Shown: positions 36,277-44,582 of the stretch, piece by piece
How positions within the stretch are numbered: position 1 is the first letter of the stretch
How the letters are laid out: every line of letters begins with the position of its first letter
Origin: an uncultured Rhodospirillaceae bacterium
Lineage (GTDB): Bacteria; Pseudomonadota; Alphaproteobacteria; MPNO01; UBA830
Reading direction: 5' to 3'
NCBI GenBank assembly: GCA_964579285.1
Contig: CAZOHS010000004.1
Location: forward strand, 1-54,337
DNA: 54,337 nucleotides
Made by a program: the position numbers and the translations under genes
The notes under the pieces: generated by a model
What the model saw: only the letters and a program-made list of their open reading frames with translations
Database searches by the model: none
What the model was told of the DNA's origin: nothing

Positions 36277-37458
36277 TTACGTTAACTCCACCGTTAGAGG
36301 GTTATAGGAATAAAGCCACTCGTTTCGGCTCGCCCCCTCGTCACGTGTGGTGAAGTGGTGACGAATTTGTTCGACGCTATCTAAATGAAAGAGTTTTCGG
36401 TTAGCATCCGAAGCATCAACGACACGGGCTGTACGTTCTACCCGGTTACGTTGGTATAGGTCCAAGGCGTCGCTTAGATCAGCACACTGAAGAAGTGCAC
36501 GTGACAGGACAGCGCCGTCTTCAATGGCCATTGCGGCACCTTGGGCAAGGTAAGGCAGTGTAGCGTGAGCGGCATCGCCTAAAATTGTTGCTCGGTCTGT
36601 ACTCCAATTTTTTACGACCGGTCTCTTGTACATTGCCCATCGAAAGCATTCATCCTTGTCCACGAGGTCAATCACGGTTTGGATATCGGGGTGCCACCCT
36701 TCAAAGTCCGCCCTTAATTCCTCCCAAGGAAATTTTGCCGTCCAGGATTCTTCCGAGGGTGTGGGTGTCTCAACGGCGCCCACAAAATTTAAAAGTTCCC
36801 CATTTCTCAGCCAATATGATACCGCATGTTTCCCCGGCCCCATCCATACTGACATCACCTCATCCATAAAGTTTTCGGGGAGTTTTTCGCGCGGTACTGT
36901 TATGCGCCAAGCGGAATCGCCTGTGTACGTAGCCGGCACGGCACCCGCGATCTGATCGCGGATTATAGATTTGACACCGTCAGCACCAACAAGGAGATCC
37001 CCCCGCGCACTGGTGTCGTCATCGAACTGCAAGATCACGCTCTCGCTCGTTTCTGTGAAGCCAACCACACGTTTGTTCAAGTGCACCACATTTGATTTTA
37101 AACTTTGGACACTCTTAGCCAAAAGTTCGTGCAAGTCGGCCCTATGCGCTTGATTATAAGGGGCTTTGTGCAAACGAAAATGCTCATCTGACAGGGCAAA
37201 GCGGTCAATTTCTTCGCCTGTATCGTGTAGCCTAAATACATACGCGTCGGGACGAACAGATTTTGCCGAAATTTGCTCACCAATTCCGAGATAATTAAGC
37301 ACGTGCATGGCATTGGCGCTCATTTGGATGCCGGCACCTACTTCTCCGAGTTCGGGTGCTTGTTCATAAATTTCGACATCAAAGCCCGCTTTTAGGAGAC
37401 ACCCGGCGGCCGCTAGTCCGCCCAGACCAGCTCCGGCAATCAGGATTTTTTTATCCAT
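36277..37458 (-). CDS. FAD-dependent aromatic monooxygenase (salicylate / 3-hydroxybenzoate / 6-hydroxynicotinate hydroxylase-like)
   Basis: 393-aa ORF with ILIAGAGLGGLAAA, DLLVGADGVKS and GDAAHATLPYLAQGAAMAIEDG. Confidence 0.85.
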   Translation of the reverse strand: MDKKILIAGAGLGGLAAAGCLLKAGFDVEIYEQAPELGEVGAGIQMSANAMHVLNYLGIGEQISAKSVRPDAYVFRLHDTGEEIDRFALSDEHFRLHKAPYNQAHRADLHELLAKSVQSLKSNVVHLNKRVVGFTETSESVILQFDDDTSARGDLLVGADGVKSIIRDQIAGAVPATYTGDSAWRITVPREKLPENFMDEVMSVWMGPGKHAVSYWLRNGELLNFVGAVETPTPSEESWTAKFPWEELRADFEGWHPDIQTVIDLVDKDECFRWAMYKRPVVKNWSTDRATILGDAAHATLPYLAQGAAMAIEDGAVLSRALLQCADLSDALDLYQRNRVERTARVVDASDANRKLFHLDSVEQIRHHFTTRDEGASRNEWLYSYNPLTVELT

Positions 37459-37515
37459 TACGACTTCCAGACGTCAAAATTATTATATTTTATCATTTTC
37501 GGAATACCGTTTGAG

Positions 37516-37977
37516 TTACCTATATATTTGTGTGGTCCCACTTAAAACGCAAACCATTTTAACGTGTGGGATCTCTGCTTCTTCAAATTCTTCCCCTTCC
37601 ACGACAAAACCAAGCTTATGATAGAACGGTGCCGCATATGTTTGGGCATGAAGAGTTCCTAATTCGGCACCGTCCCGGGCTGCGTCGGCCATAGCGAATT
37701 TCATGAGGGCTTGGCCAATGTATAATCTACGGTTTTCCTTGAGGACGGCTACTCGTTCAAATTTTACGACCTCATCGGTAATAGTTCTCGCCCGCGCTGT
37801 GCCAAGTGGGTTGCCGTTTCGTTGCGCGAGATAATGGCGACACTGGTCGTCTAAACCATCGAATTCTAATTCGGGGCTAACGTTCTGTTCTAAACAGAAC
37901 ACCTTTCGGCGTATCAACAAACAGGCCTCCATATCAGCCTCCGTATTTGCCGCCGTAATGTTCAGTGTGGTCATCAT
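37516..37977 (-). CDS. GNAT family N-acetyltransferase
   Basis: 153-aa ORF with acetyl-CoA-binding region RRLYIGQALMKFAMADAARDGA and APFYHKLGF. Confidence 0.8.
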   Translation of the reverse strand: MMTTLNITAANTEADMEACLLIRRKVFCLEQNVSPELEFDGLDDQCRHYLAQRNGNPLGTARARTITDEVVKFERVAVLKENRRLYIGQALMKFAMADAARDGAELGTLHAQTYAAPFYHKLGFVVEGEEFEEAEIPHVKMVCVLSGTTQIYR

Positions 37978-38117
37978 TATTCGCTTAGTTTTTACCGACT
38001 AAATCAATAAAAAAATATCTGAGATTCTACCACCCTGTAATAACTCAAATCAAATTGGACGGACGTAACTTTGAGAGCTATGTTCCGCGACTAAACGTCT
38101 GATTAGGGACTATAAAC

Positions 38118-38675
38118 ATGAAAATTTTAGTGTACTCAGCTTCTCTCCGCACGGAATCAATCAATTTCAAATTGTCGCAATTGATGGCGAGGATTGCTGA
38201 GGAGATCGGGGCCGAAGTAGACTTTGCCCGCTTTAATGAATTTGAGATGCCACTCTACAACTTTGACGACCAAACGGCTTCCGGGGTACCTGAAGGAGCC
38301 ACCGCTCTGGCAAAACGGATCACCGCTTCAGATGGCATGATCTTAAGTGTACCGGAATATAATTGGTTGCCGGCGCCGACGATAAAAAATGCAATAGATT
38401 GGCTATCGAGGATACAGCCAGTTCCACTGGATAAAAAATCCATTCTTCTAAGCTCCGCTTCCCCGTCTTTGGTCGGTGGTGTGCGTGGCCTGACAAGTCT
38501 GCGGATTTCTTTTGAATCACTCGGTACATGGGTATATCCAAAAATGTTTGCATTGGCGCAGGCGCCGCAGGCTTTTGATGGTGACGGTAACTTGGTCGAT
38601 GACGAACTTTCCAAAATGTTACACGATATGGTGGAAGACTATTGTTCTGCGGCGGTGGCATTAAATAACCGGTAG
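38118..38675 (+). CDS. NAD(P)H-dependent FMN reductase
   Basis: 185-aa ORF with MKILVYSASLRTESIN and SVPEYNWLPAPTIKNAIDWLSR, typical of the FMN_red family. Confidence 0.8.
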   Translation: MKILVYSASLRTESINFKLSQLMARIAEEIGAEVDFARFNEFEMPLYNFDDQTASGVPEGATALAKRITASDGMILSVPEYNWLPAPTIKNAIDWLSRIQPVPLDKKSILLSSASPSLVGGVRGLTSLRISFESLGTWVYPKMFALAQAPQAFDGDGNLVDDELSKMLHDMVEDYCSAAVALNNR

Positions 38676-38678
38676 GAG
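38674..38678 (+). promoter_or_regulatory. Shine-Dalgarno AGGAG positioned for the in-frame ATT 38686
   Basis: AGGAG overlaps the TAG stop (38673-38675) of the FMN reductase gene and lies 7 nt upstream of ATT 38686. Confidence 0.5.
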
Positions 38679-38685
38679 AAATACC

Positions 38686-41667
38686 ATTAACGGGTCGGAG
38701 GGCGCTGATCGTTGGATTGGGTCGCGGTATCCCAGGCAGGAAGACGCTGCACTCCTGACTGGCAATGCGCGGTTTATCGATGACTTGGAGCCAATTGCAG
38801 GAATACGGCACGCTGCGATTCTAAGGTCTTCTCACGCTCACGCGCGAATAATAAGTATTGATACTACACAAGCAGAGGCCTTGGCGGGCGTTACGGGCGT
38901 CGTCACAGGTAAAGATATTGCCAACGTGCTTGAGCCTATACCGAGTGCAGTGAGAGTACCCATTAAGTTTTATCCAATTGCTGTCGACAAGGTCCGCTAT
39001 GTTGGAGAGCCAGTTGCGATTGTCGTGGCTGAAGATAGATATGTCGCGGAAGATGCGATGGAGTTGGTTCAAGTAGAGTATGAAGCTCTTCAAGCGTTTT
39101 CTGATCCCGTTGCGGCGACGGCGGAAGATGCCAGTTTGCTTCACCAAGAGGTTGGTTCCAATGTGGTTCATCACCGAACGTTCAAATATGGCGATCCTGA
39201 GGCGGCATTCGAAACAGCCGACAATGTAATCTCGCTTGCATGGAGATATCCGCGCTACTCTTCGACACCGATGGAGACGTATGGCCTGGTAGCAAATTTC
39301 GAGCAGCAACCGGACCGATATACTATTTGGTCAAACTTCCAGGGCCCGTTTATCTTGCACGCCCTCATGACGGGAGCGTTGGGCGTTCCAGGAAACCGAT
39401 TACGGCTGGTAACGTCTCCGCATTCAGGGGGTAGTTTTGGTATTAAGCAGGCAATGTTTCCGTATATGGTTCTATTTGCTGGTTGTTCCCGTATTCTTGG
39501 TTGCCCCATTAAATGGATAGAGGATCGCTTAGAACATTTGGTTGGGTCGTCTACAGCCTCAGATCGGTCAGACAAGATTGAGGCAGCATTTGCCTCCGAC
39601 GGTGAGTTGCTCGGGTTAAGATTTAAAAATCTTGTAAACGTCGGCGCATTTATTCGCGCCCCGGAACCGGCGTCAGTCTATCGGATGCATTCAGCGTCAA
39701 ATGGTTGCTATCGTGTTAAAAATATTTATGTCGAGAACCGGTTAGTTGTGACCAATACTACTCCAATCGGCCTTAATCGAGGATACGGTGGACCTCAATT
39801 CTACTATGGTCTTGAGCGGGCGTTGGAGGCTGGTGCAAAAGAACTCGGTATAGATCCTGCCGAAATACGGAGACGCAATTTTATCCAACCTGACGAATTT
39901 CCCTATCAAACACCCGCGGGTTCCACATACGATTCTGGAAATTATGAGGCGGGCCTGGATAAGGCGCTTGAGCTTGCCGCTTATGAAGACCTCAAAAAAA
40001 TGCGGGACCGCGCTCGGGCAGAGGGTAAACTTTTCGGTATAGGAATGGCAGCAGGTATTGAGCCGTCTGGGTCCAATATGGCCTATGTTTCGCTCGCTCA
40101 AACACCCGAGGAAAGAGCCAAGTCCGGCGGAAGATCGGGGGGACTTGGGACGGCAACGGTCTCTTTTGATCCATCGGGTTCTGTCACTGTAAAGACCGTC
40201 TCGACACCCGCGGGTCAAGGTCATCGAACTGTGGCTGCTCAGGTCGTCGCGGATGTCCTGGGATTGCGGCCAGATGAAATTGACGTTGTTACCGAGGTCG
40301 ATACGCTTACGAGTGTTTGGTCACTGGCATCCGGTAATTATGCCAACCGTTTCTCCTCAGTTGTGATTGGTGCGATCGTCGAGAGCGCAGAAAAAGTTGC
40401 CAGAAAACTAAAATTGATTGCTGCTGAGAACCTTGAGGTTGCTCCAGAAGATATTGAATTGATCGGCGGGAAAGCCCAAGTTGTTGGTGTTCCGGATAAG
40501 TCTGTGTCCCTGCGACGCATTGCTTCCCAGACCCACTGGCATCCAGCTGGTTTGCCCGAAGGGATGGAACCTGGCTTATTCGAGGCTGCGATACTAAACC
40601 CACCGATGCTTACTGCTCCTGACGACCTGGATCGGGTCGCGAGCGCAGTGACGTTTGGATATGTGTTTGACATTGCGGCCGTGGAAATAGACCCCAGTAC
40701 CGGCACAATAGACGTACAAAAATATGTTTCCGTCCACGATGTGGGAAACGTATTGAACGAATTAGTGGTTGAAGGCCAAATTTATGGGGGTTTTGCGCAT
40801 GGTCTGGCCGGCGCGTTACTCGAGGAATTTGTTTATGATGCTGGCGCGAATCCCCAAACAGGTTCGTTTGCCGACTATTTGTGCATAACGGCCACCGAGG
40901 TTCCTGAATTGACAATTGGGCATTCGAACACCCCATCGCCACATAATAGTCTTGGAGCTAAGGGAATGGGGGATGGGTCCTCCATGTTGGCGCCGACAGC
41001 GATCGCTAACGCTGCCGCTGACGCACTAGGGACTTTTGATATAGAACTTCCACTCACGCTTAATAAAATGTGGTCGCAAGCGAATGGGAATGCGTATGCT
41101 CGTGCTGGCTCGGCACGACCCAAAATAGGTGAAGCGGCGGGTAAATCCGCGTTTTCTGATGGTGGCTTAGAGGGTTCTGGTGCCGTAGAGATTTCTGCTG
41201 CGCCCCAGGAGGTGTGGAAAAAACTTCTAGACCCTCAAACGCTATCGGCGGTGGTACCTGGTTGCGAAACATTGGAACAAGAGGGTGAGGATGACTATCG
41301 CGCGTCCGTCAAAATCGGTGTGGCGGGTATCAAGGGTATGTATAGTGCGAGGATCACCATTCATGAAAAGACCGAAGCAAGAAGCGCACGGTTAACGGGT
41401 AGCGCGTTTGGTAGCCTCGGGTTTGGCCGAGGAGAGGGCTTACTCGAACTCGAGCAGATTGGAAATGATCGGACGCGGCTTACCTACAGTTATCAAGCCA
41501 ATGTCGGGGGAAAGGTTGCCGCTGTTGGTCAACGTATGCTTGGCACGGTTACCAAACTTCTAATTGGTCAATTTTTTAAAGGGTTTGAGCGAGAGCTCAC
41601 TTCTCAACAAGAGTTAAACGGCGGGCGAGGATTATTTGCCAAGTTGCTAGGAAGAGGTCGCCCGTGA
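38686..41667 (+). CDS. Xanthine dehydrogenase/CoxL-family molybdopterin-binding large subunit with fused C-terminal CoxG (SRPBCC) domain
   Basis: The track ORF starts at TTG 38785, but the conserved N-terminal WIGSRYPRQEDAALLTGNARFIDD is encoded in frame upstream, so the start is placed at ATT 38686 (start confidence about 0.5). Family motifs are HSGGSFGIK, TNTTPIGLNRGYGGPQ and LGAKGMGDGS. From about 41170 onward, GSGAVEISAAPQEVWKKLLDPQTLSAVVPGCE...YSYQANVGGKVAAVGQRML is CoxG-like. Confidence 0.8.
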   Translation: MNGSEGADRWIGSRYPRQEDAALLTGNARFIDDLEPIAGIRHAAILRSSHAHARIISIDTTQAEALAGVTGVVTGKDIANVLEPIPSAVRVPIKFYPIAVDKVRYVGEPVAIVVAEDRYVAEDAMELVQVEYEALQAFSDPVAATAEDASLLHQEVGSNVVHHRTFKYGDPEAAFETADNVISLAWRYPRYSSTPMETYGLVANFEQQPDRYTIWSNFQGPFILHALMTGALGVPGNRLRLVTSPHSGGSFGIKQAMFPYMVLFAGCSRILGCPIKWIEDRLEHLVGSSTASDRSDKIEAAFASDGELLGLRFKNLVNVGAFIRAPEPASVYRMHSASNGCYRVKNIYVENRLVVTNTTPIGLNRGYGGPQFYYGLERALEAGAKELGIDPAEIRRRNFIQPDEFPYQTPAGSTYDSGNYEAGLDKALELAAYEDLKKMRDRARAEGKLFGIGMAAGIEPSGSNMAYVSLAQTPEERAKSGGRSGGLGTATVSFDPSGSVTVKTVSTPAGQGHRTVAAQVVADVLGLRPDEIDVVTEVDTLTSVWSLASGNYANRFSSVVIGAIVESAEKVARKLKLIAAENLEVAPEDIELIGGKAQVVGVPDKSVSLRRIASQTHWHPAGLPEGMEPGLFEAAILNPPMLTAPDDLDRVASAVTFGYVFDIAAVEIDPSTGTIDVQKYVSVHDVGNVLNELVVEGQIYGGFAHGLAGALLEEFVYDAGANPQTGSFADYLCITATEVPELTIGHSNTPSPHNSLGAKGMGDGSSMLAPTAIANAAADALGTFDIELPLTLNKMWSQANGNAYARAGSARPKIGEAAGKSAFSDGGLEGSGAVEISAAPQEVWKKLLDPQTLSAVVPGCETLEQEGEDDYRASVKIGVAGIKGMYSARITIHEKTEARSARLTGSAFGSLGFGRGEGLLELEQIGNDRTRLTYSYQANVGGKVAAVGQRMLGTVTKLLIGQFFKGFERELTSQQELNGGRGLFAKLLGRGRP

Positions 41668-42542
41668 AGCCGGTTGCTTTCGAATATTGTTATCCAGATA
41701 CTCTAGAAGAGGCGCTCCAATTGCTCGTGGAGTTTGGTGAGGATGGAGCATTGATTTCCGGCGGCATGTCCTTGGGTGCTATGCTAAATATGCGATTGGT
41801 TCGTCCGGCAGCCGTTATCGACATTAATGGCCTTGAGGAACTCGCTAAAATCGAGATTAAGGCCGATAAGATAAGAACCGGCGCACTGGTTCGGCAGGCA
41901 ATCGCCATGCAATCCACCGAATTAGCCTCGACGGTGCCTTTGTTAATGCAAGCCCTTCCCTACGTGGGCCATTATCAAACTCGTTCACGTGGAACCTTGG
42001 GTGGATCGGTCGCACATGCAGATCCCAGCGCTGAAATTCCTCTATCTATTGTCACCTTAGGGGGTAGTATTTCGCTAAGTTCTCTGCGTGGCCAGCGCGA
42101 GGTAGCGGCAACTGATTTCTTTCATGGCTTGTTAACTACAGATAGAAAAAATGACGAAGTTATCACTGCTCTCAGCTGGCCAAAAACAACCGCAAAAACC
42201 GGGTTTTCATTTAAAGAAATTGCCCAGAGACATGGAGATTTTGCTATCGCCGCAGTTGCGGCGAAAGTCACCGTTTCTGATGACGAAAAGATAAAAGATT
42301 TATCCCTCGGCCTCGGAGGAATTGAAGATCGGCCCTTCGTCGCCGACACCAGCAGCTTTGTTGGAAAAGTAGCAAACCCAGAAACGGCAAACGCGATCGC
42401 GAACGCTGTGGCGGACACGGTCAGTCCGATGGTCGACTTGCAAGCGAACGCGGATTATCGTCGGCAACTCGTTCGTGTGTTGGGAGCCAGCGCGCTTGTC
42501 GCCGCGATGATCGACGCCAAAGGGCAGCGAGGCAACGTGTGA
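41664..42542 (+). CDS. FAD-binding medium subunit of molybdopterin dehydrogenase (CoxM-like)
   Basis: 292-aa ORF. GTG 41664 forms GTGA with the large-subunit stop. It carries GALISGGMSLGAMLNMRLVRP and QTRSRGTLGGSVAHADP. Confidence 0.85.
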   Translation: MKPVAFEYCYPDTLEEALQLLVEFGEDGALISGGMSLGAMLNMRLVRPAAVIDINGLEELAKIEIKADKIRTGALVRQAIAMQSTELASTVPLLMQALPYVGHYQTRSRGTLGGSVAHADPSAEIPLSIVTLGGSISLSSLRGQREVAATDFFHGLLTTDRKNDEVITALSWPKTTAKTGFSFKEIAQRHGDFAIAAVAAKVTVSDDEKIKDLSLGLGGIEDRPFVADTSSFVGKVANPETANAIANAVADTVSPMVDLQANADYRRQLVRVLGASALVAAMIDAKGQRGNV

Positions 42543-43027
42543 TGCGGAGGGTTAAGCCAAACCAGAAACAAAGAGTGTCATTGCTGATTAATGGAAAACC
42601 CTATTCCGGCTTTGCGGAGCCGCGAATGTTGCTCACCGATTTTCTCCGACATGAACTAAATCTCTATGGTACGCATGTTGGTTGCGAGCACGGTGTTTGT
42701 GGTGCCTGTACGATTATTATTGATGGCGTGGCCACTAGAAGCTGTCTGAGATACGCGATCCAATGTGAAGGTCTCCAAATTATGACTGTTGAGGGGATCG
42801 CAGAAAGGGATGGTTCTCTCAATCAACTTCAAAAAGCTTTCAACGAAAACGGTGCTCTTCAGTGTGGCTTCTGTACGGCTGGGATTCTTATGTCAGCGAC
42901 TAAATTTCTCCAAGAAAACGCTGCGCCTACCGAGGACGAAGTCCGGGAGATGCTTTCCGGCCATATTTGTCGTTGTACTGGCTACACACAGATTGTGCGC
43001 GCGATAATTCAGGCGAGTGGACAGTGA
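42539..43027 (+). CDS. [2Fe-2S]-binding small subunit (CoxS-like)
   Basis: 162-aa ORF with CEHGVCGACTIIIDG, QCGFCTAG and CRCTGY. The start is GTG 42539 (GTGA overlap) or ATG 42542. Confidence 0.92.
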   Translation: MMRRVKPNQKQRVSLLINGKPYSGFAEPRMLLTDFLRHELNLYGTHVGCEHGVCGACTIIIDGVATRSCLRYAIQCEGLQIMTVEGIAERDGSLNQLQKAFNENGALQCGFCTAGILMSATKFLQENAAPTEDEVREMLSGHICRCTGYTQIVRAIIQASGQ

Positions 43028-44568
43028 ATTTAGGCGCGTTATTTTATCGACACGTATTGAGGGAGCCTGGAGCCGAAGCAATTGTTGATGGCATGGTTCG
43101 AAGAACTTACCAGCAATGGTATACTGAAGTTTGCGCTGTAGCGGGCGGATTGAAACGGCTTGGCCTGAAACCTGGCGACCATTTTGTGGCCTTCTTGTCC
43201 AATCGTTACGAGACAGCGACCTTATATTGGGCCTGTCAAATGTTGGGTGCTGTTTTTACACCTTTTAATTGGCGAGCAAAGCGTGAGGAGGTTGGCTACG
43301 TTATTGTTGATGCGGACGCTGTCGTAATCGCGTTTGAAGATCGATCGCGTGACGAGGTTACGCGTGCGACTGGTAAATTAAGTATCCCTGTCCCTGCTCT
43401 CATTGATATCGATGCTGGGGATTTTGATAAATTAGTTATCTCCGACCCACTAGACGGTCCATCAAAGGCAGACGAAGCCGACGTATGTTTGATGTTATAT
43501 ACGTCAGGCACAACAGGCCGGCCAAAGGGGGTTCCGCGTTCCCATCGCGCAGAAAGGCTTGCTGCAAGCCATTGCGTCGCGCAACTCTACTATAAGAAAG
43601 GTGAGTCTACCCTAGGCGTAATGCCCATGTTTCACACGATGGGCGTTCGTTCAATGCTTATGTGTTCGTTGTTAAACTCCAAACTATGCTGTTTGCCTGC
43701 GTGGGATGTAGAGGCTGCGATGGAACTGATAGAGGTTGAGAAGATCTGGAGCCTTTTTCTCGTTCCAACGATGTTTCACGATATGTTACACCACCCGCGT
43801 CGGGACCAATATGATTTGGGGTCGGTGAAAAATATTGCGTATGCGGGCATGGCGATGACTACGGCCCTGACTAAGTTATGCGAAGAAGAACTGAAACCCT
43901 ATCACTTCTTAAACTTTTACGGCTCCAGCGAGATTTTTTGCTTCACCGTTTGCGACCACGTAACGCAGAAACCTGGCTGCGCGGGACGAGCGGGATTTGG
44001 CCAGGTTATTCGTGTTGTTGAGCCGGACCCCGACGGTAAGAGCGGTCCAGATAATATCATTCCCGACGGCAAACCAGGAGAAATAATCGCGCCAATGGAT
44101 GGTATGGAAGCCTTCACAGGTTACTGGAAGCGACCGGACGCCGACAAAAAAGCTATAAGGCATGGTTGGTATTTTACGGGCGATCTGGGCTATTTTGACG
44201 ACGATGGCGAACTATTCGTGGTAGGTCGGGTCGACGATATGGTGATTTCGGGCGGCGAAAACATATACCCGGAAGAAGTCGAGGACGTATTGGCCAAATC
44301 ACCGTTGGTCGAGCAAGCGGCGGTGATTGGGCTTCCTGATGAGCGAATGGGGTCTCGAATTGTCGCGTTTATTGAACCGGCTTCTAAGCAGTGCTCTGCC
44401 AAGGCGCTGGATCAATGGTGTTTAAAAAGCGCTATGGCCGCTTTCAAACGTCCGCGCGGGTATGTATTTGTGCAGCAAATACCGCGATCAGCAGCGGGTA
44501 AGCTACTAAGACGGTTCTTGCGGGATGGAGACTATGAAATGTTGCCTGGCTATAAATCAACTCTCTAA
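43024..44568 (+). CDS. AMP-forming acyl-CoA ligase (aryl/heteroaryl-carboxylate-CoA ligase-like)
   Basis: It carries LMLYTSGTTGRPKGV, YGSSE, GWYFTGDLG and the C-terminal catalytic Lys in SAAGKLLRR. The start is placed at GTG 43024 (GTGA overlap with the small-subunit stop) instead of track start 42967, which lies inside the upstream gene. Confidence 0.88.
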   Translation: MNLGALFYRHVLREPGAEAIVDGMVRRTYQQWYTEVCAVAGGLKRLGLKPGDHFVAFLSNRYETATLYWACQMLGAVFTPFNWRAKREEVGYVIVDADAVVIAFEDRSRDEVTRATGKLSIPVPALIDIDAGDFDKLVISDPLDGPSKADEADVCLMLYTSGTTGRPKGVPRSHRAERLAASHCVAQLYYKKGESTLGVMPMFHTMGVRSMLMCSLLNSKLCCLPAWDVEAAMELIEVEKIWSLFLVPTMFHDMLHHPRRDQYDLGSVKNIAYAGMAMTTALTKLCEEELKPYHFLNFYGSSEIFCFTVCDHVTQKPGCAGRAGFGQVIRVVEPDPDGKSGPDNIIPDGKPGEIIAPMDGMEAFTGYWKRPDADKKAIRHGWYFTGDLGYFDDDGELFVVGRVDDMVISGGENIYPEEVEDVLAKSPLVEQAAVIGLPDERMGSRIVAFIEPASKQCSAKALDQWCLKSAMAAFKRPRGYVFVQQIPRSAAGKLLRRFLRDGDYEMLPGYKSTL

Positions 44569-44582
44569 TTTGGGAATTAAAA

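Noticed and set aside
42967-43023. Upstream extension of the acyl-CoA ligase ORF
   Set aside because: It lies within the 2Fe-2S subunit gene. GTG 43024 forms the same GTGA coupling seen at the two preceding junctions.
38686-43027. Aerobic carbon monoxide dehydrogenase (coxLMS)
   Set aside because: The active-site loop reads TNTTPIGLNRGYGGPQ, which is neither the form I VAYRCSFR nor the form II AYRGAGR signature. The gene order is L-M-S, and the genes are translationally coupled to a CoA ligase and a crotonase. A CoA-ester or heteroaromatic hydroxylase is more likely.
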